DNA of 64,000 nt from Octopus vulgaris. Taxonomy: Eukaryota. Under the pieces are notes generated by a model that was not told the origin of the DNA, did no database searches, and saw nothing but the letters and a program-made list of their open reading frames with translations. The stretch covers positions 89,280,001 through 89,344,000 of the forward strand of contig OX597817.1 in assembly GCA_951406725.2 (NCBI GenBank). Reading direction: 5' to 3'. Within the stretch, counting starts at the first letter, position 1; every line of letters starts with the position of its first letter. A program made the position numbers and the translations under genes. Positions 53,209-64,000 of the stretch are shown one piece after another.

Positions 53209-54023
53209 CAGGAGTTCTCAACTATTTTTTATTTATGGACCCCTTTGATTACTATTTTATTCTGGTGGACCCCTATAGCCATTCGATGTTTAAAAAATAG
53301 TTTTGTAGAAACTTCTTTCAAAATTCCTATTTTGTTTTATTACATTTGAACTTGTGTAGGTTGACTATGGTAAAATGTTAGAGCAAGAAGCCTAGGTTTT
53401 TCTTATAGTACATACGAGTCAAAAGTAATTTTTTTTCAGGGACCCTCAAAATACTATCGTCGTTTGGCCGCTGTTTGGCTGCCACTTTTCAATTTCTTTA
53501 AGTTTTGTTCCAATTGATTTCATATTTGGTATGTATGCTGATGTAGTTTTGTGAAGTAGTCACTAACATGAAAATTCATTTTTGCCATAAATCAATAAAT
53601 AAAGAGCAGATAGCTTTTAAATTTTGCGTGTGTAGAATACAAATTCGCAAAAATTTTTCTCAAAATTCCAAAATATATAAAAGTTACGAGGGGTTACAGG
53701 GCTCGCGTAAAGCAGAATTCTGCCAATATTTCATTTATTTACATTTGACAAAACGTGCAGTCACGCACAAAATGACAGCTTCCAAATCCTGGGTAAAAAT
53801 GATCAAACTTTAAACCTCTATAACAGTTTTAAAAAATATTTCTGGAAAAAGTGAATTATCTTCTGAGATTTTGGCGTTGAAAATTACACCAAGTTTTAAA
53901 ATTTTCACAAAACTTCCACAGGGGCAGCCAAAGATTCCTCCAATTTACAACTTTGTTGCATGAACTGCCAAAAGTCTTATATGGACTCTCAGGGGCAATA
54001 TGGACCCCAATTGAGAACCGCTG
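53209..54023 (+). mobile_element. hAT (Charlie-like) non-autonomous element inserted in a family A SINE
   Basis: TIRs caggagttctcaa / ttgagaaccgctg; 8-bp TSD gtttagtc / gcctagtc; SINE sequence resumes on both sides. Internal segment 53460-53920 resembles 34180-34480. Confidence 0.8.
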
Positions 54024-54439
54024 GCCTAGTCGAACAAATCGACTCCAGTAAGTATTTTTTCAAAGCCTGCTACTCATTTTATCGGTTCTTTTTGCTGAAC
54101 CGCATCCATACATCCATCCGTACATACATGCATACATACGTACATATATACATACGTACATACTCAACTGTATGGCATAAGCGCAGGGGTGGCGGTGTAG
54201 TAAGACGCTTGCTACCCTCCCCCCATTCACACAGTTCCGAGTTCAGCCCCACTGCGTGGCAGCATGGACAAGTGTTTTCTACTGTAGCCCCGTGACTGGA
54301 CTAAATAGACGGAATCTGAAAGAAGCCCGTCACGAATGGACAATATATGGATTTTACTAACCGGTAGTACTCATAAAAGAAAAAACAAATCCTTAATGGA
54401 TGAGGCTACAAACCATATTAGTAACCACAAAACAAAACA

Positions 54440-54479
<40 letters not shown>

Positions 54480-54485
<6 letters not shown>

Positions 54486-55242
54486 AAATACGATTAATAA
54501 GACTAGATGAACTCAAAAGCTTCCTCCTAGAGCAAAAATACCCCCTTAAACTAATAGAAAATGGAATCACAAGAGCATTAAAACTAGACATCACACAACT
54601 CAGGACACCCAAAACAAAAACAAAGAAAACACTATCCCTTTTATAAACACACACAACCCTGGAGTTACCAACATCTTCCAAACCATACATTCAAACCTAC
54701 CAATAGCCTTACAAAGCCCCAAAATGAAAAACATATTAAACAAATATAGCATAAAAAACAGTAGACGACAGGACAAAAACCTAAAAAAACACCTAACAAG
54801 AGCGAAATTCTCTTCAGAAACTAAAACGGAATTCTTTGCAAAAGAGTGCGGAGATGGTAGATGTGGGACCTGCAGCAACCCCACCTACAAATACATAGAG
54901 AGCAACAGAGAGATAAGATTTTAAAATGGTGACATATTCAAAGTAAATGCAGATATGAACTGCAAGACGCAGAACGTCATATACTGCATAACCTGCCCCA
55001 CGTGCAAGGAGAATTACGTAGGTGAAACTGGTAATTCTTTGTGCCAGCGAGCCAGGATCCACCGACAACATATTCAGCAGGAAGAACTACGCAAAATACC
55101 ACTAAGCACACACCTAGCTACATGTGGAGAAGGAAAATTTAAGATATTTCCCTTCTACAAGTGTCCGAAGAACGACACCTCCTTCAGGAGGAATATGGAA
55201 AAACATTTCATAGCTAAGTTCTCCCCCAAATTAAATGGCTGA
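54480..55242 (+). mobile_element. 5'-truncated Penelope-like element: RT thumb end, Cys linker, GIY-YIG endonuclease (Neptune-like)
   Basis: RLDELKSFLLEQKYP, RRQDKNLKKHLTRA, CGDGRCGTC, MNCKTQNVIYCITCPTCKENYVGETG..L.QR..IH...PKLN; starts at a (TA)n tract. Confidence 0.93.
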
Positions 55243-55258
55243 AACTTTACTCAACATA

Positions 55259-55850
55259 CATTGAAGGACAAATTTTTCGATTTACAATATGATACAGTGG
55301 AACATTTAATATATGTGTGTATGTATATAGGTATGTGTGTGTATGTTACCTGTTATATACACTATATTGTTTTTGCAATTTACTTGATCTTTACTTGCCA
55401 ATTGTCATTCTAATTTTAACCTTCCTATGATATACAATTTTCAAGATGGTGTAACTTGATTGTTCATTTTGATTCGATAGAAGGTGGATTTTTCTCTAAT
55501 ATTTCATGTGTAAGCATGTATATATATATATATATAGTGACATTGAAGGACACATCTTTCGATTTACAATCTAATATAGTAGAACATTTAGGATATGTCT
55601 GTGTGTGTGTATGTGTGTATATATATATATATATCTGTGTGTGTATAGATATGTGTATTGCCTATTATATACATTATATTATATTATTATCTTTATAATT
55701 TACTTCCATCTTTACCTTTTAATTGTCACTTTAATTTTAACTTTCCTATGATATACAATTTTCAAGATGGCGTAATTTGGTTATTCATTTTGAACCGATA
55801 AAAAGGTTTTTTTCAAATATTTTATGTATAAGTCTGTGTGTGTATATATA
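55259..55850. repeat. About 280-bp diverged tandem duplication downstream of the PLE ORF
   Basis: cattgaaggaca...ttcctatgatatacaattttcaagatgg occurs at about 55259 and 55541. Confidence 0.85.
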
Positions 55851-56442
55851 TATATGTATTGGTATAAATATCAACACACAAAAATATTTTTTCTTCTCCA
55901 CTTCCTCCCTTATTTTTATTTATTTTTTATTTATTATTTTTTTATATTTTATTTATTTTTTTATTTTTTATTTTTTATATTTTTAATTATTTTTTATTTT
56001 TATATTTATTTTTATTTTTATTTTCCCTTTTCTCTTTCTTTCTTTTTTTCTCTCTCTCCTTCTCCAAACACACAGAGACACACACACACACACACGCACA
56101 CAAAAACACACACGGACACACACACACACACCTCCACAAAACGATCATAGAAAGTGTGACCCCAAATGACATTTGTCCGGCCAGCCTACGCACAACACAC
56201 ACTCAGTGACACGAGACTGGACAGAGAGCAGAGCCAAATTCTTAGAAAACCACAGGGGGTCCAGTAGGCCAACGGAATAACAATACTTCTTCTTCCCTAT
56301 CAGATACAAACGCACACACACACACACACATACACATACACACATGTTTTCTCTGTCTTACTTCCTCCTCACCCTTTTATACTGTTTTATTCCTCCCCAC
56401 CACTACTACGAAACTATAAAATGTTCAAATTACCCACAAGGA

Positions 56443-56489
56443 ATTGATTTGAAAAGCCCACTCGATTGGGAGAAAGCGCTAATCCGAAT
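56443..56489 (+). ncRNA. Minimal hammerhead-like motif, U3:A8 variant, at PLE 3' end
   Basis: GAU-UUGAAAA-G-CCCA-CUCGAU-UGGG-A-GAAA-GCGC-UA-AUC with palindromic AGCGCU stem III. Confidence 0.5.
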
Positions 56490-56581
56490 GATATGATATG
56501 AATGATATGATATATATGTAAAAAATGTAATATATAAATAAATATCTATAAATATGAACCATCCGATCTGATTACCTCATT

Positions 56582-56647
<66 letters not shown>

Positions 56648-56892
56648 AAAATGATCAAAAGTCCTTTCTTATCCAGTCGCTTATTAGACCGATTTCCCGA
56701 ATTCTGAGGCGTATATATCTACCCCATGCTGGTGGGGTTGATATATACTGGTAGATATATGCTGGTTCGTTGCAAGATTACTCCTTGTCAACTAAGTGAA
56801 CTGGAACAACGTAAAATAAAGTTTATTGCTCAAGAACACAGCGCATTGCCCGGTGGAGGACTACTCAGTCATACGCCTTCACACGTGCACAC

Positions 56893-56894
<2 letters not shown>

Positions 56895-56923
<29 letters not shown>

Positions 56924-57122
56924 TGCATGCATGCATGTATGTATGTATGTATGTATGTATGTATGTATGTATGTATGTATGTATGTATGTATGTATGTAT
57001 GCATGCATGTATGTGTGTGTGTGTATGTATGTATGTATGTATGTATGTATGTATGTGTGTATGTATGTATGTATGTATGTATGTATGTATGTATGTATGT
57101 ATCTATCTATCTATCTATCTAC
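56895..57122. repeat. (GTAT)n/(CTAT)n microsatellite
   Basis: Seen directly in the sequence. Confidence 0.97.
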
Positions 57123-57693
57123 GTGTGAACATGTTTTTGTTTGTATCCATCGTTTGAAGGTTTCTTTACGTTCTTGTAACTTAGCAGTTCGGCAAAAATG
57201 GGCGATAAATTAAGTACCTGGCCTAGAAAGTAAGTACTGAGCTCAATCTGTTCGACTAAGCCCGTCGGGGCAATGCCCAACTCGGACAGAATGGTCAGAC
57301 GCGAGAGGGACAGTAGGGGAGATAACAGGGTCAAGTGACTTCCAATACGAAGGAGCCCCCCAACACAAAGGTGCGTGTGTGTATAAGAGAGTATGTATGT
57401 GCGTGTGAAAGAGGGCTGGTGGTCTGGACGTGTGTGTGTATGTATGTGTGGGTGGTGTGTTGTGATGTGATGTGTAACGTTGTATGGTGTAGTGTAGTGT
57501 GGTGTGATGTTGTGAGGAGGTGGGGGAGGCGAGAGTGGGGAAAGCACAGGTGAGGTGTGGGTTCGGCTGGAGGTTGGGGTAGAGTGGGGGTTGTGGGTAG
57601 GTGGAGGGTGGGGTTAGAGGTGAGGTATGTGGAGGAGGGAGGAAGGGGTGTTGGATAGGGGTGAGGTATGAGGGGGAAAGATGTGGGATAAGG

Positions 57694-58072
57694 AGGCGTA
57701 GGAGTGGCTGTGTGGTAAGTATCTTGCTTACCAACCACATGGTTCCGGGTTCAGTCCCACTGCCTGGCACCTTGGGCAAGTGTCTTCTACTATAGCCTCG
57801 GGCCGACCAAAGCCTTGTGAGTGGATTTGGTGGACAGATACTGAAAGAAGCCTGTCGTATATGTATATATACGTGTGCATGTTTGTATCCCCTCCAACCT
57901 CACTTGACAACCGATGCTGGTGTGTTTACGTCCCCGTAACATAGCGGTTCGGCAAAAGAGACCGATAGAATAAGTACTAGGCTAACAAAGAATAAGTCCT
58001 GGGGTCGATTTGTTAGACTAAAGGCGGTGCTACAGCATGGACACAGTCAAATGACCGAAACAAGTAAAAGAA
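57694..58072 (+). mobile_element. SINE family A, full length
   Basis: ggcgtaggagtggctgtgtggtaag...ggttcagtccc...gaaacaagtaaaaga. Further partial copies at 54180-54335, 57150-57300, 58105-58290, 58640-58740, 59070-59175 and 61100-61250. Confidence 0.92.
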
Positions 58073-58384
58073 TACATACGTATGTATTTTTTAAAATATT
58101 TTAACTTTTACTTGTTTTAGACTGCGGCCATACTGGGGCATCACCTCGAAGAGTTTTATCGGACAAATCGACACTAATCATATATACAATCTGGTATTTG
58201 TTCTATCAGTATATTTTTAACGAACTGCTAAGTTACGGAGACATGAACACACCAACACCGGTAATTAGGCGGTGGTGGGGGACAGACACATACACAAAGT
58301 ACTAACACATATACATACATACAAACATACATACATACATACATACATACATACATACATACATTACACACACACATACACAGA

Positions 58385-58464
<80 letters not shown>

Positions 58465-58760
58465 GTCCCCATTCCACATCTTAGTATTTTTTTCCGAACC
58501 ACATTTAACATTTTTAATTTACCTGAAGTAAACTGTTTTTTCATGACGTCATTGAATTATTCATCAATAAAAGATGCGCCGGAAACAGCTGTAGTGAACC
58601 TTTAATCCATTTGTATTCTTATTCGATATATATATATATACGGTGGGATTCTTTTAGTTTCCGTCTGCCAAATCCACTCACGGGGCTTTGGTTGGTCCAG
58701 ATCTATAGCAGAAGACACTTGGCCAAGATGCCACGCTTGCACCTATATACATGCATATAA

Positions 58761-58810
<50 letters not shown>

Positions 58811-59611
58811 TGTATTTGTATCTATGTGTGTGCACATGTATACGTATATATGTGCGCGCGTGTACATGTATATAGGTGTATGTGTGCACGGGTCATGGTT
58901 CACCCGCAGGCAACTCGCACTACTAAAGAAATTGCAGGTAATTTTTCGTTATGCCATTCAGGAAGTCCCGCGGGCCGCAGTTTCTCCATGACTAACTGAC
59001 AGTATCCACGTTAAAAATATTCGTATATTCATAGTGACATTCATATATTCTTTTATTCTTTATCACTTTTTTTTGTTTCAATCATTTGACTGCGGCCATG
59101 CTGGAGCACTGCCTTGAAGGATTTTAATGGAAGAAATCGACCACAGAGCTTATTTTTTAAAGCCTAGTACTTATACAGACAGACACACGCACACACATAG
59201 GTTTGCTATTAATGCCGATACAGATGTCCATAGATTTATGTGTTTCTTTGTTGTAGTTTAATTTTAAAGTTAGTGTTTAATCCTGCCTATATTTAGATTG
59301 AATGAATGTGGCTATTAAGCTTTCACTTTTATATTATACTATGGAAGACTGTAGGGAATATTTTTTGTATGACTTAAAGGTTTGGTCGCTGTTTAGTTAC
59401 ATATTTAGGAGTTCGTTATAGATTTACTTACATAATTTATTTACCGATACCGATACTGTTGTACATAGAGTGTTTGAAAGTTATGGTTTCTTTAGTATGT
59501 TTGTTCCCAAACAACACTTATTTTAGTGTTGACACAGCTGGATTGAATGGTACTGCACAGGTATCGAAGCCATAACCATAATATACATATATATCTATGT
59601 ATGCATCTATG

Positions 59612-59739
<128 letters not shown>

Positions 59740-59749
59740 TGTATATATA

Positions 59750-60417
59750 GGTGAAGGCGTGGCTGTGTGGTAAGAAACTTGCTTCCCAACCACATGGCTC
59801 TGGGTTCAGTCCCACTGCATAGCCCCTTGGGCAAGTGTCTTGCACAATAGCCACAGGCCGACCAAAGCCTTGTGGGTTGATATGGTAGACGGGAACTTAA
59901 AGAAGTCCGTCGTATATATATATATCTAATTGTATTTTTTGTACATGTATTTTTATTTTTGCAGTTTTATTGTTTGTCTATGCCAGAAAAAAGGCTTTTT
60001 CGTTCGTCCTCTTGTGTGTTTGTTTTTGTACATGTATTTTAATTTTGCAGTTTTATTGTTACGTCTTGTTTGTGTTCGTACTCATTTTGCCCCGCTGCCT
60101 GGAATTTTATTTTAATTCTCTCGCAGGAAGGCCCATTGGATTAGTGTTCTGTCTTGCCTTCGAAACATGCCTGACTCCTCTAGCGACAGCTGATGACGGG
60201 GGTTTTGTCCTTGTGTAGCTCGTCCTGTATTTGTTTTTCGTTTTCTTGCTTTTCGTTTTCCGTTTTCTTGTTTTTTGTTTTTTGGTTTTTTCCGTTTCTA
60301 CGTCTTATTGTGATGTCCTGTACTCCCGTATAATTATTTATATATGCATGTATATATACATGTAGATGTAGGTACGTACATATATGTTTGTATGTATGCA
60401 TATATTTTTATTTATCT

Positions 60418-60456
<39 letters not shown>

Positions 60457-60695
60457 GTATATATATATTTATGTGTATGGGTCTTTGTGTCTGTGTTTGT
60501 CCCCCCACCGTCACTTGACGATCAATGTTGGTCTGTTTATATTCCCGTAACTTAGCGTTTCCGCCAAAGAGACCCATAGAATAAGTACCAAGCTTACAAA
60601 GAATAAACCCTGGGGCGGATTTGCTCGACTAAAAGGCAATGCTCCAACATGGCCGCAGTCAAATCACGGAAACAAAATAAAAGGATAAAAGAATA
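59750..60695 (+). mobile_element. SINE family A split by an insertion (59930-60340) in its internal (TA)n
   Basis: Head at 59750-59915 and tail at 60480-60695; the intervening unit carries cgaaac...ctgatga motifs. Confidence 0.8.
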
Positions 60696-60915
60696 TATAT
60701 ATATATATATACGAGAGGATAAATGAAAGAAAGGTACTCAACCAGTTAATTGGGAGTTACATGTCTGGATCAAAAGAGTTTGATTCTGAATAAAACTGTT
60801 TTAATCCACACACACACACACACACGCACACACACGCGCGCGCGCGCACATACACACAAACACAGACACACACTCATACATACGAGTGAGTGGCCATATA
60901 TATATATATATGTAT

Positions 60916-61098
60916 AGGGAGAGTTCACGAAAAAGGCAAAAGACGAAAACAGGTTGTATAGAGAACAAACAGATGTATTAGTATAACGCTCAGGAATTGA
61001 AAAAAGTATTTTACGTTTCGAGCCTACGCTCTTCTACAGAAAGGGACACAGAAAAAAACAAGGAGAGAAAAATGTGAGTAGTGGCTACTAATCTATCA
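60916..61098 (-). mobile_element. (TA)n-anchored element with A6U hammerhead motif (61007-61044), copy 2
   Basis: Reverse complement CUUU-CUGUAGA-A-GAGC-GUAG-GCUC-GAAA-C-GUA-AAAU. Confidence 0.75.
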
Positions 61099-61969
61099 TG
61101 GCGACGGGCTTCTTTCAATTTCCAACTACCATATCCACTTACAAGTCTTTGGTCGGCCCGAGGATATAGTAGAAGACACTTGCCCAAGGTGCCACACAGT
61201 GGGACTGAACTCAGAACCAAGCTTCATACCACACAGCCACTGCTGTGCCTGTATAGTAATATATATGTATGCACATTCCTACGCACACGAACAGCCATCT
61301 ACACGCATGCACACTACATATATGCCCAGGCTCTTGCGCATACAGACACATATGCATGCATGTGTCATACAAATGTGACACATGGGTGATATGTAGGAAC
61401 TATGTCAAGGTCGGTGGATGGGGTAGGGGTAATGAGGAATCGGGTAGAGAGAGAGAAAGAGAGAGAGAGCGTTGGCGTAAGATAGGAGTAAAGAGGGAGT
61501 AGAGAAGCAGGTGGCGGAGAGATGGAAGGGTTGAAGAGGGGGAGAGGATAAAGTGTCGGTTGTAAAGAACGAGGGGGAAAGTGGAACTAAGGCAGGAAGA
61601 GATGAGGGTGTAAAAGAGAGACGAAGAAAAGCGAACAGGGAGATATAGAGAGGAAGGAAGAATGAAAGAGGTGAAGAGAGAGAGAGTGAAAGAAAGAGTC
61701 AGATGGAGTGAGAAAGAGGGCGAATAGATAAAGATGAGTGTGAGAGTGATGGAGATGAAATGGGAGTGGGAAGGAGAACGAAAATAAAGGAGAAAGGAAA
61801 ACAAAAGTATTCAGAGATGGAGTTAATGAGAGGAAGAGGAGAGAAGCCAGTGAGGGGGAAGAGAAGTAAAGTGGCTCAATGAGAGAGCGTGAGACAGCAT
61901 AATAAAAGGAAGGAGGAGAAGGAGGAGAAATAGGTCAAAATATTCAGAGCGAGGAGGAAAGGTATAGGA

Positions 61970-62006
<37 letters not shown>

Positions 62007-62185
62007 ACAGGGAGGGGGAGAAAAGGAGAAAGAGAAAAAATTTGACAGCAGTAAGAAAACAAACGAAATGTTTGTGTGTGCGTATGTGCATGCGTGCTTA
62101 TTTGTATGTGTGTTTATGCATGTATATGAGTGTCTGTGTGAACGTGCATGCGGAGGTGTGTATGTGTGCCTCTGTGTATGTGTGC

Positions 62186-62244
<59 letters not shown>

Positions 62245-62344
62245 TCGAAATGAAGAAATGTGTTTTAGTGCAAATGTGTGTCTGCACGGCAAGTGTTTCA
62301 ACAATATTGAAATTCAAACAAATGTACTCATACATCTCTGTCTG

Positions 62345-62419
<75 letters not shown>

Positions 62420-62532
62420 GTCTATTTATCTATCTATCTGTCTGTCTATCTCGCGCGCGCGTGTGTTTATATACATATATGTATATCTTTATATTTATAA
62501 ATGCACACATGCATATATATACACACACACAC

Positions 62533-62569
<37 letters not shown>

Positions 62570-62750
62570 CGGGAAGCTTTATGAAAATAAACAAAAGACG
62601 AAGGCAGGTGGAGTACAAACAAACAATTGTATTAGTATGGCGCTCAGGAATATAAATAAAACAAGTCTTTTACGTTTCGAGCCTACGCTCTTCAACAGAA
62701 AGATACACAGAAAAGAAACACGGAGAGAAACAAGGAGAGAAAAAAAAATG
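62570..62750 (-). mobile_element. (TA)n-anchored element with A6U hammerhead motif (62666-62703), copy 3
   Basis: Reverse complement UCUUU-CUGUUGA-A-GAGC-GUAG-GCUC-GAAA-C-GUA-AAAGA with perfect stems I and II. Confidence 0.8.
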
Positions 62751-63279
62751 CGTGCAAACATATGTATATATCCATACATATATGTACATATATCTGCATC
62801 TATATGTATTTATACATGACATGCATATATGGGTACAGGACACACACAAAAAAAAATGTTGAACACAATGAGAAACGGACTTTTTTCAAACAACATAAAA
62901 CAGAGTACAAGACATACAACACAAGGAATATTCTCTTCTTCAGTTGTCCCTGTTTTGGCTACTCCGCGTTTTCGAAGGTAAGGACACGACGCGACTTCGT
63001 TGAAACAGTCCTTTCCGCAAAGCAAATTAAATAAAATTTGGGATTTTTTGCGGAAGGGTAAAAGTAGTAACAAGAAGAGGACAGTAAAAACAAAACAAGA
63101 CAGTAAAACCAATACAAATAAAAACAGTAAAAGGCAGGACAAGGAGAATAACACAGTAAAAACAAAAGATGATGGGGGTTAAGCCGAGACGATGGAAAAA
63201 TTATTTTGAACGCATTGAGAAGACTGTGTTGACTCGTTGAATGTAGCAGTCGGAATATATATGTATATATATATATGTA

Positions 63280-63420
63280 TAACAATTGCAGCGTAGAAGG
63301 TGTTTGTAAGCTATTTAAGAAACACACAAAAGCCGTTCGATTCACTTCAACATTTAAGTTTAATTTGTCAAAATATTTTCGTCGCTAAAATCCGCGACCT
63401 GTTCGCTGACAAAAATCCGT
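63280..63420 (-). mobile_element. (TA)n-flanked element with G3:C8 hammerhead motif (63364-63413)
   Basis: Reverse complement UUUGUCA-GCGAACA-G-GUCGC-GGAUUUUA-GCGAC-GAAA-AUAU-UU-UGACAAA; homologous to 8090-8240. Confidence 0.75.
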
Positions 63421-63421
63421 G

Positions 63422-63455
<34 letters not shown>

Positions 63456-63527
63456 TATCGTTTAGACAGGGAGAGAGATGCATGTGATTGTAAGTATATA
63501 CATACTCGCACACACGTTAGTATATAA

Positions 63528-63610
63528 TACGAGAGAGTGCTGAAAGTCCTTGGCTTTTAGGGTATTGTGAAAGCCTGGTTAGAGGCTCAACCTTCCGAAT
63601 TCTTTTGCAA
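63528..63610 (+). mobile_element. Mariner-type terminal fragment
   Basis: TAcgagagagtgctgaaagtccttggct resembles a mariner TIR; it is followed by (GATA)n. Confidence 0.55.
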
Positions 63611-63676
<66 letters not shown>

Positions 63677-64000
63677 GGATAGATAGACCGACAAGCAGTC
63701 AAACAAAGAGACAGCAGACTGACAAATAGATGGATCACGTGAACCAGTTCAACGTGTGCATGATCGGACGATTAAACCGGTGACATCACCACCAAGCTTC
63801 CTTAGTATGGAGTATGATTTGGGTACAAAGTGCATTCTACTGGCCAGCTGTTGCACCGACTGTAAAATTCTGTATATCTTAATCCATCCTTATCTACTCT
63901 CTATACTACAGCAGACTGGGAGAGGTCTACAAATAACTGCAAAAGCTCGCACCACTTAATCGTTTCCAGGCGGTCTTATGAAATAACACCAGGAAGTAAA

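Noticed and set aside
57530-57690. G-run-rich tract with G-quadruplex potential
   Set aside because: Part of a low-complexity purine-rich repeat with no evidence of function.

Overview
AT-rich, microsatellite-dense animal genomic DNA, most likely intergenic or intronic sequence from an octopus or other coleoid cephalopod. This is inferred from three abundant tRNA-derived SINE families and the repeat landscape. No host protein-coding gene can be confidently recognised, and most of the ORF track is translated microsatellite. Supported content: (i) at least four decayed Penelope-like elements (PLEs; RT and/or C-terminal GIY-YIG); (ii) a young 5'-truncated R4/Dong-type LINE inserted in a (TAA)n tract; (iii) RTE-type LINE fragments; (iv) mariner, hAT, pogo-like and Helitron-like remnants, and about 30 SINE copies, several nested. 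The most notable signal is about a dozen small hammerhead-ribozyme (HHR)-shaped motifs at PLE ends and in short (TA)n-flanked elements. They include a canonical core, compensatory G3:C8 and U3:A8 cores, a repeated A6U family, a G15.1:C16.1 variant and a core-deleted form. Other items worth checking are an unidentified decayed ORF between duplicated PLE RT segments, a pre-miRNA-like hairpin, two promoter-like islands and a few phase-compatible candidate exons. All calls were made by eye and element boundaries are approximate.
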